Shown: positions 16,570 to 26,417, numbered from the stretch's first letter. The stretch: 64,000 nt of DNA from Verrucomicrobiota bacterium (GCA_023230105.1 JALNXY010000001.1:76395-140394), one strand, 5' to 3'. Notes: a model not told the origin generated them from the letters alone. Program-made: numbers and translations.

Positions 16570-16665
16570 TATTCCTATTGCATATCAAGGGAGACGCATT
16601 GCGAATCCGAGACAAAGAGAATAAAAGAAGCGGCGGAGTCCATTTCCCGGCTATTCATTACCGTA

Positions 16666-17034
16666 ATGACATATATGAGTTTCATTTTTATACTTCTTAT
16701 TCCGGTTTTTTGTTACGGAATTCCAATGCTGATCGGGCTTTTGGGAGAGGTTTGGCTTCTCAAAATTCAGGTAAAACGAGAACTAGTAATTTCCTGTTGT
16801 GTGCCAATAATTTTGTGGTTGATTATGGTTTCTTTTTTCGTGGGGAAATCGCTATCGAATGCGATTTGGGAACCTGTGATTTTGGCGGGGGCAATCTTAG
16901 TATTAATCTTTGCTTATGGGATAATAACAAGACTTAAACTTATGGAAACTGGTTTCTTAGGAATGGCTTTGATTGCAATGTCTGTAGTCACGACCATTGC
17001 TGTCCTGCTTCATGTTCCAGCATTTCCAGAATGA
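16666..17034 (+). CDS. array B cassette: small 4-TM protein (122 aa)
   Basis: Coherent four-helix hydrophobic pattern. Preferred over the overlapping 16578-16937 ORF, which starts in GC-richer stub-like DNA. Confidence 0.6.
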   Translation: MTYMSFIFILLIPVFCYGIPMLIGLLGEVWLLKIQVKRELVISCCVPIILWLIMVSFFVGKSLSNAIWEPVILAGAILVLIFAYGIITRLKLMETGFLGMALIAMSVVTTIAVLLHVPAFPE

Positions 17035-17079
17035 AAACTCGGAAGAATTAAGAGAAAACTTTTAGGACCAAAAAATCAA

Positions 17080-17268
17080 ATGATTGTTACACAGATCAAA
17101 AGATTAAATAAAGAACAGTGCCATAAAATATGGATTGTGAAGTATATTTCCATGCCGCTTCTTAGTCTTTTTACAATTCTTGTTTGTTTGTCAGGATGTA
17201 ATGATTCTGTAGGATGGATAAATGTTTGGTGGAATGAGGAATCATTTAACGTAGGGATAATTCCCTAA
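17080..17268 (+). CDS. array B cassette: small lipoprotein (62 aa)
   Basis: Lipobox LSLFTILVCLSGCNDS. Confidence 0.45.
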   Translation: MIVTQIKRLNKEQCHKIWIVKYISMPLLSLFTILVCLSGCNDSVGWINVWWNEESFNVGIIP

Positions 17269-17277
17269 ATAAGATAT

Positions 17278-17598
17278 ATGAAACAGATATTTATAATCTT
17301 TTTTGTTTTGGGTATAGCTTGCACTATATTCGGTTATTTCGGCGAGCAAAATGTTAAAAGCATAAAAAAAGATACAGAAAGTAAATTACTATTATTATCA
17401 GAGGCGGAGTCGGTAATCTGGAGTGAGGCAAAAAAAGAAGTGCGTAGTACTTTAATGCAAATTCATTTTTCGCCAATATCAAAGAAAATTGAAAGATCAT
17501 ATAATAGTATTTTTATTTTTGGGATTTTGTCATCTATTCCTTTGGGTGTATACAGTTTGCGGAAACTTTACTTGAACATACTGAGACCGAAGAAGTAG
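17278..17598 (+). CDS. array B cassette: small 2-TM protein (106 aa)
   Basis: N-terminal TM (IFIIFFVLGIACTIFGYF) and C-terminal TM (IFIFGILSSIPLGVY). Confidence 0.55.
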   Translation: MKQIFIIFFVLGIACTIFGYFGEQNVKSIKKDTESKLLLLSEAESVIWSEAKKEVRSTLMQIHFSPISKKIERSYNSIFIFGILSSIPLGVYSLRKLYLNILRPKK

Positions 17599-17599
17599 T

Positions 17600-17788
17600 T
17601 TTTTTGTTCTTAAAACGTAATTTGCTGCACCCCGGAAGGGGTACAGTGGGAAGAGGCGTGTGCCCTCCGGGCTCGGAGTCAGATAGGGAAAAATTCCGGG
17701 CTATGAGATGGTCATGGAGGCAGATGGGCACGGAACCTTTGCTGACGGATGCGACCCCGATGGGGTCGCATCCGACTTCCCTTCTAAA
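17600..17788. repeat. hairpin-module mosaic at the 3' end of array B
   Basis: ctgcaccccggaaggggtacag, gtgtgccctccgggc, gatgcgaccccgatggggtcgcatc modules. Confidence 0.8.
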
Positions 17789-17821
17789 AAATCTGTGCAA
17801 ATCTGCGACATCTGCGGTTAG
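17789..17821 (-). repeat. iteron-like motif (aaatctgtgcaaatctgcgacatctgcggtta); distal boundary of array B
   Basis: Same orientation as 16089-16122, so the two copies are a direct repeat bracketing array B. Confidence 0.8.
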
Positions 17822-18010
17822 ATAGGCGCAAATATTTTAAGGGATAAACTCCATGTTGGCTCAAAATAACATCTTTGGGCTGATTCTCTTCTTGCAAATA
17901 ACGTCCATTACCGTAGGATAATGGGCCGCGGGGTTCGGCTTCCGTTTTTCTGAAGTACCATGTGTGTTTCGGCAAAGAGTCTTGGGAAGTCGTATTCTGC
18001 GGGAAGGTTT

Positions 18011-18082
18011 GGCCCCGGTCGGTTTTATAATGAAACAGGCGGTGGGCCAGAATAAAAGCGCTCCGGCTTATAAACCGGGGCC
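18011..18082 (+). promoter_or_regulatory. candidate structured 5' leader upstream of rplM-rpsI
   Basis: GGCCCCGGT(18011-18019)/ACCGGGGCC(18074-18082) plus TTATAA(18025-18030)/TTATAA(18068-18073) form a 9+6-bp stem enclosing ~37 nt, about 100 nt upstream of the rplM ATG. Confidence 0.3.
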
Positions 18083-18186
18083 GTGTCTAAAAACAAATCC
18101 GGCACGACAAATCAAACAAAAGTGTCGGTCAGAGTTTGTCAAGGCTTCCATTCCGGAAGAACTGAGGGGCTCTGTGAATAACTGGA

Positions 18187-18624
18187 ATGAGCAAAACATT
18201 CATACCCAAGAATAGCTTGGAACAGCGGAAGTGGCAGGTAGTGGACGCAGATGGCGCCGTGCTGGGCCGCTTGGCTGTACAGGTTGCAAACGTACTCAGG
18301 GGTCGCAATAAAGCGGTTTATACCCCTCATCTGGATACAGGTGACTTCGTAGTCGTGATCAATGCAGAAAAAATACAGGTCACGGGCAACAAGGAAGAAG
18401 ACAAATCATACATGTTCTACTCGGGCTGGAGAGGCGGCGAAAGCCATCGCAAGTTGAAAAAGCTTCGCGAAACCAAGCCGGAGTGGCTTATCTGGCATGC
18501 GGTCAAGGGGATGCTCCCCAAGAATCGCCTGGGTAAAAGACTGATCACAAAACTGAAAGTTTATGCCGGTCCGTCGCATCCGCACGCCGCGCAGAATCCC
18601 TCGGTTTTAACCCTTGATAAATAA
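18187..18624 (+). CDS. rplM: 50S ribosomal protein L13
   Basis: W-x-VVDA-x-G-x-LGRLA...LRGK..-like N-terminus ([28 protein letters not shown]), 145 aa, followed by rpsI. Confidence 0.95.
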   Translation: MSKTFIPKNSLEQRKWQVVDADGAVLGRLAVQVANVLRGRNKAVYTPHLDTGDFVVVINAEKIQVTGNKEEDKSYMFYSGWRGGESHRKLKKLRETKPEWLIWHAVKGMLPKNRLGKRLITKLKVYAGPSHPHAAQNPSVLTLDK

Positions 18625-18641
18625 GAGCAGAGAAAAAGAAT

Positions 18642-19040
18642 ATGTCTGAGAATACATCTGATTTCCTGGGTACGGGCCGCAGAAAAACGGCGGTCGCTCG
18701 CGTTAGAATCAATGTCGGTACGGGTAACATCACCGTCAACGGTCGTCCCTATGCGACTTATTTTCCGCTGGAGCACCTGCGCAGCGTGGTAATCCAACCC
18801 CTGACCTGCACCGAAACCCTCACCAAGTATGACGTTAATGTCAACGTCCGCGGTGGTGGTCTGACTGGTCAGGCCGAGGCGACCCGCCACGGTATTGCAC
18901 GCGCACTGCTGCAAGTGGATACGGCCTTCCGCCCGCTTCTCAAGGTCGAGGGTTTCCTGACCCGCGATCCTCGTATGAAGGAGCGCAAGAAGTACGGTCA
19001 GCCCGGAGCTCGCAAGCGTTTCCAATACAGCAAGCGCTAA
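18642..19040 (+). CDS. rpsI: 30S ribosomal protein S9
   Basis: [12 protein letters not shown]...[17 protein letters not shown]...[13 protein letters not shown]...[10 protein letters not shown]. Confidence 0.95.
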   Translation: MSENTSDFLGTGRRKTAVARVRINVGTGNITVNGRPYATYFPLEHLRSVVIQPLTCTETLTKYDVNVNVRGGGLTGQAEATRHGIARALLQVDTAFRPLLKVEGFLTRDPRMKERKKYGQPGARKRFQYSKR

Positions 19041-19078
19041 GCGCGTTTCACTTTCCGCATCTTTGCGGTTTCACAGAA

Positions 19079-19112
19079 CCCCGGAGGAAATCCCCCCGGG
19101 GCTTTTTGTTTT
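19079..19112 (+). terminator. intrinsic terminator after rpsI
   Basis: CCCCGG...CCGGGG stem followed by CTTTTTGTTTT. Confidence 0.6.
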
Positions 19113-19242
19113 ATCTTCTACACCATTTTTTGATTCAAAAATGGGGGGCTATCCTGTAGAATTACCTGCAGGTATGTGATTCTCCTTTGTTTGAAATTCC
19201 TGTTGAGAGCAGAGGCGGTATCACCTTTGAGATAAAGAGCGT

Positions 19243-20637
19243 ATGAAACTACATTTTTTTGGTGCCACACGCACCACGACCGGTTCCAAGTACCTCCTGG
19301 AAGCCAACGGAAGCAAGATACTCATCGAGTGCGGCCTCTACCAAGGCAAGCGCTTTGAATCCATCGAAAAGAATCGAAACTTCGATTTTGACCCGGCCCA
19401 GCTTGATTGCGTCGTGCTCAGCCATGCGCATATCGACCACTGCGGGAACCTGCCCCTGCTTTGCTTAAAAGGTTTTGAGGGCAATATCTACAGCACGTTC
19501 GCGACGCGGGACCTGGCCAGTATCATGCTCGAGGACAGCGCCCGGATACAACGGGCTGATGCCGCCTTCGTCTCCAAACAGCGGGCCAAAGAGGGTCTGC
19601 CGCCAGTAGAGCCGCTCTATACACCGGAGGATGCCGAGAAATCGGCGCGCCAGTTTATCTCCATGAATTACTACCGGCCGATGTTGATCGCCCCGGGCGT
19701 AACGCTCACCTTCTACGATGCGGGCCATATTCTGGGAGCCGCGCAGGTCTGCCTGGATATCGTGGAGAACGGTAAAAAACAGCGTTACCTTTTCTCGGGC
19801 GATATCGGCCGCGGCGAAGACGATATTCTTCGGGACCCGGACTCGGTGGAAAATGTCGATTTCCTCCATATTGAAAGCACCTACGGCGACCGTCTTCACT
19901 CCCCCCGTAAAGATGCGACCGAGGATGTGTACAACCATGTCAGCGCAGCTCTGGAGAAAAACGCGCTGGTGCTTATCCCCTCTTTCAGCATGGGCCGCAC
20001 TCAGGATATCGTCTATGCGCTGCATCAATTGACGCTGGAGAACCGCCTGCCCAAAGTCCCGATCTTCGTGGACAGTCCCCTGAGCGTCAACTCGACCGAG
20101 GTCTACCGGCTTCATCCGGAGTGCTTCAACGAGGAGATTTACGAATTTCTGCAATCGGGGACCAATCCCTTCGGTATGGATAACCTGACCTACATTCGCG
20201 AGGTCTCCCACTCCATGAAGCTCAACGAGGTTAATGAGCCGGCGATCATCATCAGTGCCTCTGGGATGTGCGAAGCAGGCCGCATCCGCCACCACCTCAA
20301 AAACCATATCGGCGACCCCAATACGTTAGTCCTCTTCATCGGTTACTGCGCGGCCAATACTCTGGGCGATTATATCCTGGCCGGCAACAAACAGGTCAAC
20401 ATCTTCGGCAAACCGTACCCGGTCCGTGCGCGGATTGCCCAGATTGATTCATTTTCCGGTCATGCCGACCGCAATGAATTGCTGCACTATGTCGGCAATC
20501 TCAAAGGCAGCCTCAAGAAGATCATGGTCTCCCACGGTGAAGAAAACCAGTCCCTGGCCTTCGGGGAGCATTTGAAAAAATTTAGACCCGAGAGCGAAGT
20601 TATTGTACCCGAGATGGGCCAATGCGTTGAGCTCTAG
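19243..20637 (+). CDS. MBL-fold / beta-CASP family ribonuclease-like hydrolase
   Basis: VLSHAHIDHCGNLP (HxHxDH), later D/H motifs (DAGHILG, HIESTYG, SGHAD). ~460 aa, typical of the beta-CASP RNA-metabolising subgroup. Confidence 0.8.
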   Translation: MKLHFFGATRTTTGSKYLLEANGSKILIECGLYQGKRFESIEKNRNFDFDPAQLDCVVLSHAHIDHCGNLPLLCLKGFEGNIYSTFATRDLASIMLEDSARIQRADAAFVSKQRAKEGLPPVEPLYTPEDAEKSARQFISMNYYRPMLIAPGVTLTFYDAGHILGAAQVCLDIVENGKKQRYLFSGDIGRGEDDILRDPDSVENVDFLHIESTYGDRLHSPRKDATEDVYNHVSAALEKNALVLIPSFSMGRTQDIVYALHQLTLENRLPKVPIFVDSPLSVNSTEVYRLHPECFNEEIYEFLQSGTNPFGMDNLTYIREVSHSMKLNEVNEPAIIISASGMCEAGRIRHHLKNHIGDPNTLVLFIGYCAANTLGDYILAGNKQVNIFGKPYPVRARIAQIDSFSGHADRNELLHYVGNLKGSLKKIMVSHGEENQSLAFGEHLKKFRPESEVIVPEMGQCVEL

Positions 20638-20674
20638 GAAAAAAGAACCCCCTATCCATTAGAAAATAAATAGT

Positions 20675-22528
20675 ATGAAACTCAATACACTCATTGTCTG
20701 TTTGAGCACTCTGGGCATGTGCTCCGGTCTCTCACTCACGGCCCCGGCTCTCGATGAAGCGCCAGCGCCCTGCCCTCTGAAGAGTGGAGCCCGCGTTCCG
20801 GATTCGGTTCAGGATGCTTTCAGCGGCAGGATCGAAAAGGATCCGCGCGTGCGCACGTACGTGACGCCGGCGCGCATCGTCTGGCAATCGGAAAACAGCG
20901 ATCAATCCTCCGTGAAAAACGCGGAGTGTCTGCTCAAGAGTACCAGCGGGCAGGTCAGCCTGACCACGCCTGAATTCTGCGCTCTGGAAAACAAAGGCCA
21001 ACCGGCGAGCATTCTGCTGGATTTCGGCAACGAGCTTTCGGGCGGTATCCAGATCGCCGCCTCCGGTACTTCTACAGGCCAACCGGTAGAGGTACGCATC
21101 CGCTTCGGTGAATCGGTCAGCGAAGCCATGAGCGATCTGGGCGGCAAGAAGAACGCCACCAATGACCATGCGGTGCGTGACCAGACGACGCTTATCCCCT
21201 GGCTGGGTACGGCTGAGATCGGCAACACCGGTTTCCGGTTTGTCCGCATTGACCTGGTGCAGCCCAATTCGACCCTGAACCTGAAGTTCACCCGGGCCGT
21301 GTTCCTTTTTAACGACCTGCCTTATCTGGGCAGCTTCCAATCCAGCGATGAGCGCCTCAATAAAATCTGGAAGACCGGCGCCTACACCGTCCAGCTCAAT
21401 ATGCAAAACTATGTCTGGGACGGCTTCAAGCGCGACCGGCTGGTCTGGATCGGCGATATGCACCCGGAGACGATGACGATCAACAGCGTTTTCGGCGCCA
21501 ACTGGATGGTTCCGCGCAGTCTGGACCTGGTCCGGGATGAGACCCCGCTGGGAAGCTGGATGAACGGCATCAGTTCCTACTCCATCTGGTGGCTCCTGAT
21601 CCACAATGACTGGTACCGGATCAACGGCGACTTCGAATATCTCAAAGCTCAGCAGCCTTACCTGACGGGCCTATTGCGCCAGCTCATCAGCTGTGTCGAT
21701 GAGAATGGAAAAGAAAAGATGCCCGGCGGACGCTTCCTCGATTGGCCCAGCAACGCCAACCCGCAGGCCATTCATGCCGGTTTGCATTCGCTCATGATTC
21801 TCTCTTTTGAAGCGGGTACGACACTCTGCGATGCACTGGGCGAGAAAGAGCTCTCTGCCCAATGCAAAGAAATGGCGGCCAAAATGCGCACCTATACCCC
21901 CGACCCCAATAACAGCAAACAGGCGGCTGCACTGATGGCGCTGGCGGGTTTGGCCGATGCCAAAAAGCTCAATAACGAAGTGATGGCCGTGGACGGCGCC
22001 AACCGCATGTCCACCTTCTACGGATACTATGTGCTTCTGGCCCGCGCCAAAGCTGAGGATTATCAGGGATGTCTGGACGTCATCCGCCAATACTGGGGCG
22101 GAATGCTCGATATGGGAGCGACCACCTTCTGGGAAGATTTCGATATCAAGTGGATGGAAAACGCCGCCCGTATCGATGAGATGGTCCCCGAGGGCAAAGT
22201 GGATATCCATGGCGATTACGGCAACTATTGCTATATCGGCCTGCGTCACAGCCTGAGCCACGGCTGGGCAAGCGGTCCCACGGCCTGGCTTTCTGAGTAT
22301 GTGCTCGGAGTCCGCGTGGAAGAAGGCGGAAAACTGGTGCGGATTACTCCTCACCTCTGCGACCTGGAATGGGTTGAGGGCTCCTTCCCGCTGAAGAATG
22401 GCGTCCTGGAAATCCGTCACGAGAAGCAGCCCGACGGCTCCGTGAAAACTCAGATCACCGCACCCAGGAAGGTGAAGATCGTGAGCGGCTCCAAGGAGAT
22501 GAAAATGAAGGTCAAGACCCGGAGGTAA
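20675..22528 (+). CDS. secreted six-hairpin glycoside hydrolase, alpha-L-rhamnosidase (GH78)-like
   Basis: Signal peptide. WDGFKRDRLVWIGDMHPE, GATTFWEDF and LSHGWASGPTAWL resemble the GH78 catalytic-domain blocks. Family assignment by eye only. Confidence 0.5.
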   Translation: MKLNTLIVCLSTLGMCSGLSLTAPALDEAPAPCPLKSGARVPDSVQDAFSGRIEKDPRVRTYVTPARIVWQSENSDQSSVKNAECLLKSTSGQVSLTTPEFCALENKGQPASILLDFGNELSGGIQIAASGTSTGQPVEVRIRFGESVSEAMSDLGGKKNATNDHAVRDQTTLIPWLGTAEIGNTGFRFVRIDLVQPNSTLNLKFTRAVFLFNDLPYLGSFQSSDERLNKIWKTGAYTVQLNMQNYVWDGFKRDRLVWIGDMHPETMTINSVFGANWMVPRSLDLVRDETPLGSWMNGISSYSIWWLLIHNDWYRINGDFEYLKAQQPYLTGLLRQLISCVDENGKEKMPGGRFLDWPSNANPQAIHAGLHSLMILSFEAGTTLCDALGEKELSAQCKEMAAKMRTYTPDPNNSKQAAALMALAGLADAKKLNNEVMAVDGANRMSTFYGYYVLLARAKAEDYQGCLDVIRQYWGGMLDMGATTFWEDFDIKWMENAARIDEMVPEGKVDIHGDYGNYCYIGLRHSLSHGWASGPTAWLSEYVLGVRVEEGGKLVRITPHLCDLEWVEGSFPLKNGVLEIRHEKQPDGSVKTQITAPRKVKIVSGSKEMKMKVKTRR

Positions 22529-22563
22529 TCTCCGCAGTTCGCGCAGGATTCGCGCAAAAAATT

Positions 22564-22601
22564 AAGGCGTTTCAAAGTGCCCGGCACTCCTGAAACGCCT
22601 T
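22564..22601. terminator. bidirectional hairpin AAGGCGTTTCA...TGAAACGCCTT between convergent genes
   Basis: 11-bp perfect inverted repeat with A/T runs on both sides. A degenerate iteron-like sequence lies immediately upstream (22528-22560). Confidence 0.65.
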
Positions 22602-22607
22602 ATTTTA

Positions 22608-23192
22608 TTAGGGGAAAAACACCCGGGAGAGCTCGGCATAGAGTTCCACGGGGGTTCCGTTATTGTGAACGACGTGATGAGAGAGGCGGATCTTCTCCTC
22701 AATCGGCCACTGTGCGGCCAGGCGTCCGGCAATCTCCTCTTCACTCAATCCCCGTTTGAGGAGACGCTCCTTCTGTATCTCGGGCAGGCAGGCCACGCAG
22801 ACCACTTCGTCAAACTCTCCCTGGGCCCCGGTTTCAAAGAGCAGCGGAATGACGACGACGCAAAAAGGCGGCGGTTCATTTTCCCGAAGCTCCCGGCACC
22901 AGGCACGCCAGCGCTGCCGGATCAGGGGATGCAAAGTCGCTTCCAGAAACCGGCGCTCACGCTCATCCCGGAAGACGATTTCGGCCAGGAGAGGCCTATT
23001 GAGCGAGCCATCCTCCCGGAGGATTTTTTTCCCGAAATGCTCCGCCAGCCGTGCAAGAGCCTCCTCTCCGGGCCGGGTCACTTCCCGGGCCAGGTCATCG
23101 GTATCGAGCACGGCCACACCCCGGCTTTTCAGCCAGGCGGCGGCGGTGGATTTACCCATCCCCATGCCGCCGGTTAAAGCATAAGTACGCAT
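22608..23192 (-). CDS. coaE: dephospho-CoA kinase
   Basis: P-loop LTGGMGMGKST, DTDDLAR..., ~195 aa CoaE layout. Confidence 0.85.
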   Translation of the reverse strand: MRTYALTGGMGMGKSTAAAWLKSRGVAVLDTDDLAREVTRPGEEALARLAEHFGKKILREDGSLNRPLLAEIVFRDERERRFLEATLHPLIRQRWRAWCRELRENEPPPFCVVVIPLLFETGAQGEFDEVVCVACLPEIQKERLLKRGLSEEEIAGRLAAQWPIEEKIRLSHHVVHNNGTPVELYAELSRVFFP

Positions 23193-23206
23193 CTTTGCGA
23201 GGCGGT

Positions 23207-25027
23207 TTACTCAGGACTCACCCAGCGGTAGAGCGCTCTGCCGTTGGGGGCTGCATCGCCATGGACGAGCCAATCAATCGGGTTGCGCTCATCCTGCATA
23301 TTATCAGACCACTTAAAGCGAACGCGTAGTTTCTCGCCCTCGGGAACTCGGGTGAATTCTTTGGGAAGAGCGATGATGACCCGCTTATCCTCCACCTGAG
23401 AGAAGAGTGTTTTTTCCGGCAACCAGTTTGAAACCGTCTCGGGACTGTAGCGGTAGAGGGTCGCCATTTTCCCCTTCTCGTCAAACTGAACGCGGTATTG
23501 GATCCCATTCCACTGCGGGGCCTGGCTTCCCTCAATCGTAAACCAGAGGTTCATCCATTGGGAATCGATCGGTTGGGAAAGAGACTCCGCGCATTCGGCC
23601 ATGAAGTAGAGGCGATCGCCCGCCAGAGTCACTTTGCTCGAGACAATGTCATTGCGTCCGCTCTTATTTACATACATTCCCAGGCGAGGACCGTAGCCGC
23701 GGTGATTGCGGTGGAAGGTGTCGCCGGTGTCATCCCGGTAGGCGGGCTGCACGCTGCTCCAATCGGCTAAATCCCAATTCCGAGGCAGTGCGGCAGAAGC
23801 TTCCGGCAAGGGGCGCACGCCCTTGAACTTGCGGATATTGCTCCACAACTGATAATAGTAATTATCCCCGAAGCCGCCTTTCATCGGCTCCATGTCGCGG
23901 TTATACTCCATGTTGTAGGTATCCACGAAAACTCCCTCCGGGTCGCTCATAGGCTCGCCTGCATATTCGGTCCATGGAATTTCCTTCGTGGTGAAACGCA
24001 TGGCGATCCACTCGTTCCACTGCGTCACGAAAATAAACTCCGGGTCCACCTTCAGGGCGTGCTCCCACTGCTCGGCAAAATAGAGACCTTTTTCAGTCTG
24101 ATGCGGCTTGGGATTGCTCCCGTCGTGGAAGCTCTTGCCGCGGTCGCTATTGGGGTGCTCAGCCGTGCAGACCACTACCTGCTCAGGCTTATCCGGGGAT
24201 TCATGCCAGCCATACCCCTGCGGGGTATGGTCGAGCCAAGGCCAGGCATCCTTGCCGTCTTTGAACCATTTTTCCCCGTCGCCGTCTTTGGTCCAGGCCC
24301 AGGAGCGGCGTAAGGTGAAGAAATTCTGAAGTTCTTCGCTGATTCCCTCCGGATTGGCCATGACCAGCGGTTTGCCTTTCCAGAAAAACCAGAGATCTTT
24401 ATAAAGTCCTTTGGAGTACAAATCACGGTAGAGAGCTTGCACGACCTGATCGTGGCCGCTATTGGTCAGGAAGGAAATAGCCGGAGTCTTGCCGCCTGCC
24501 TTGCGGATATCGGAGTAGACCCGCAGGAGGTTCATATAAATGTCGTGATAGTGAAGCGCATTGGTGACGTCAAAAATGATGACATCAACTCCCGCATCGG
24601 CCAGAAGCTGCGCATTGCGGCGGATCACCCACTCGTCATCGGCCACATAGTAACCGTAGAGCGATTCACCCCAGTGATGATAAGCCATGGCCGGACCCCA
24701 TTTGCGCTGCCCCGGAGGATCCTGCAAAATGATGCTGTTATCGTAGGGGCAATTGGGATCGACCTGTTCCAGCGGGACAACTCCCTGGCCGGGCGGAAGC
24801 GGTCCATTATGGGCACCATGCCAGAGGTAATAAAAAACGCCCACGAACTTGCCCTGACGCGGTGCCGGCGCACTATCCTCCAGGGGCAAAGGGCGCCCCA
24901 GAGCATCCACAGCCGCCCAAGTGTCACTCAGGGTATCGACAGGTTGTGCTGACTGCGCACTCACGGCCAGAGTGGCCGCCGCGGTCAGCGTCAGGGTCTT
25001 CAATAAATTGAGCTTTTTCATCTTCAT
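23207..25027 (-). CDS. secreted glycoside-hydrolase-like protein, family unassigned
   Basis: Signal peptide from ATG 25027 (MKMKKLNLLKTLTLTAAATLAVSAQSA). Aromatic-rich TIM-barrel-like core (GVFYYLWHG, DVIIFDVTN). C-terminal beta-sandwich-like region. Confidence 0.4.
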   Translation of the reverse strand: MKMKKLNLLKTLTLTAAATLAVSAQSAQPVDTLSDTWAAVDALGRPLPLEDSAPAPRQGKFVGVFYYLWHGAHNGPLPPGQGVVPLEQVDPNCPYDNSIILQDPPGQRKWGPAMAYHHWGESLYGYYVADDEWVIRRNAQLLADAGVDVIIFDVTNALHYHDIYMNLLRVYSDIRKAGGKTPAISFLTNSGHDQVVQALYRDLYSKGLYKDLWFFWKGKPLVMANPEGISEELQNFFTLRRSWAWTKDGDGEKWFKDGKDAWPWLDHTPQGYGWHESPDKPEQVVVCTAEHPNSDRGKSFHDGSNPKPHQTEKGLYFAEQWEHALKVDPEFIFVTQWNEWIAMRFTTKEIPWTEYAGEPMSDPEGVFVDTYNMEYNRDMEPMKGGFGDNYYYQLWSNIRKFKGVRPLPEASAALPRNWDLADWSSVQPAYRDDTGDTFHRNHRGYGPRLGMYVNKSGRNDIVSSKVTLAGDRLYFMAECAESLSQPIDSQWMNLWFTIEGSQAPQWNGIQYRVQFDEKGKMATLYRYSPETVSNWLPEKTLFSQVEDKRVIIALPKEFTRVPEGEKLRVRFKWSDNMQDERNPIDWLVHGDAAPNGRALYRWVSPE

Positions 25028-25188
25028 TTTCGCCTCACTATTGGAACAAATCGCTTCCCTTCTGTCCAACGTAAAGTCCGCTTTCAAATTAAATGGTTAA
25101 TTTTATTTGAATTTTAATGCCTCTGGGGCCATACTTCAGGAAGGTCAGGCAGTTTTAATCTGTGACCTGTTATTGATACGTGTTGATT

Positions 25189-25500
25189 ATGAAGAATATG
25201 AATCTTATTGTGGTGTCGGTTGCGTGCGCACTGGTTTTGGCTTTCTCATCTGCTTGTTCTAAAGAAGACAGCACCAGCAACGGTACACCGGCCGTAACAG
25301 AAGCCCAGAAGACTGAGCTCCAAAAGGCAGCTGACACGACCGGAGCCGCCGTGGACAAAGCCGCCACTGATGCAGCAGCCGCTGTGGACAAAGCCGCCGC
25401 CAAGACTGGCGAAGCTGTTGAAAAGGCAGCCGACAAAACCGCCGAAGCTGTTACCAATGCAGCAGCCGCGGTGAAAGAGGCAACGCCGCCCGCCAAGTAA
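25189..25500 (+). CDS. small alanine-rich lipoprotein with 11-residue amphipathic repeats (copy 1)
   Basis: MKNMNLIVVSVACALVLAFSSACSKE lipobox. Repeats of the type AAVDKAATDAA / AAVDKAAAKTG / EAVEKAADKTA. Confidence 0.7.
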   Translation: MKNMNLIVVSVACALVLAFSSACSKEDSTSNGTPAVTEAQKTELQKAADTTGAAVDKAATDAAAAVDKAAAKTGEAVEKAADKTAEAVTNAAAAVKEATPPAK

Positions 25501-25567
25501 ACGATTTTTTTAAATCCACATTTTACGGAGAACTCTTTTAGAGATCATCCGTAAAACGCAAACTACA

Positions 25568-25610
25568 AAAGCCACGAAGGATGATTTTCTCTCGTGGCTT
25601 TAGATTTTTC
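25568..25610 (+). terminator. terminator hairpin AAAGCCACGA...TCGTGGCTTT after lipoprotein copy 1
   Basis: 10-bp stem followed by a T-rich stretch. A second upstream hairpin TTTACGGA...TCCGTAAA lies at 25522-25555. Confidence 0.6.
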
Positions 25611-25839
25611 TGCGAGAAGGCTGCCGCCTTCGCCAGTGAAATCTACAAATTGAGCTCTTCGTCTTCATTTTCGTTTCATTATTGGAATAAAACGTACCCT
25701 CTCCCCCCTACACAAATTCCGTCTTTCGATTAAATGCTTAGATTTATTTGAATTTCAACACATCCTGGTCCATATTCCAGGAAGGTCAGGAAGTTTGATC
25801 TGTGACCTATCTGTAACCTATTATTGATACGTATTGATT

Positions 25840-26349
25840 ATGAAAAACATGAATTTTATCGTGGTTTCGGTTGTATGCGCACTGGTTTTGGCTTTCTCAT
25901 CTGCCTGTTCCAAAGAAGAGAGCAGCTCAGGTCCCCGTCAAACGGAGCTGACCACTGGCTCGGTGGAGCAGGTGAAAGCTCAACAGGAAGCAGTCGAAGC
26001 TCTGGAACAGACTATTCAAAAGTCAGGAGCCGCTTCAAGCGAAGCAGCTACTAACACAACATCTGCTCTGGACAAAGCCGCTGAGAAAGCAGGCGAAGTT
26101 CTGGAAAGTGCTACCGACAAGACAAAGACCGCTTTAAGCGGAGCCGCTGCTGATACAAAAGCTGCGTTGAACGAAGCTGCTGCTGACACAAAAGCCGCCT
26201 TAAACGAAGCCGCAGCTGATACTAAGGAAGCTTTGAACGAAGCTGCCGAGAAGACAGGCGAAGCTATTGAAAAGGCAGCTGACAAGATAACCGAAGCTGT
26301 TACCAATACAGCGGACAAGGTGAAAGGGATTACGATACCCGCTAAGTAA
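25840..26349 (+). CDS. small alanine-rich lipoprotein with 11-residue amphipathic repeats (copy 2, expanded)
   Basis: MKNMNFIVVSVVCALVLAFSSACSKEE. Three near-identical 33-nt units encode AAADTKAALNE (about 26143-26241). Confidence 0.7.
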   Translation: MKNMNFIVVSVVCALVLAFSSACSKEESSSGPRQTELTTGSVEQVKAQQEAVEALEQTIQKSGAASSEAATNTTSALDKAAEKAGEVLESATDKTKTALSGAAADTKAALNEAAADTKAALNEAAADTKEALNEAAEKTGEAIEKAADKITEAVTNTADKVKGITIPAK

Positions 26350-26417
26350 AAGATTATTCAAATCCACATTTTACGGAGTAACTCTTTGAGAGATTATCCG
26401 TGAAACGTAAACGACGA

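Noticed and set aside
16578-16937. 119-aa ORF overlapping array B cassette 2 in another frame
   Set aside because: It starts in the stub-like inter-cassette DNA and gives an incoherent sequence. The overlapping 16666-17034 frame gives a clean 4-TM protein.
17784-18330. Small ORFs 17784-17975, 17964-18215 and 18139-18330 upstream of or overlapping rplM
   Set aside because: They have no motifs, they overlap repeats or the rplM start, and the region is better explained as an untranslated leader and promoter.
19465-22420. Antisense ORFs 19465-20307, 20732-21604 and 21671-22420
   Set aside because: They are opposite the beta-CASP hydrolase and GH78-like genes, which carry clear family motifs. 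The composition is typical of shadow ORFs.
25170-25496. 108-aa alanine-rich ORF antisense to lipoprotein copy 1 (and 26016-26318 antisense to copy 2)
   Set aside because: GCN-rich repeats read as Ala on both strands. Only the + strand frame has ATG, a signal peptide, a lipobox and downstream terminators.
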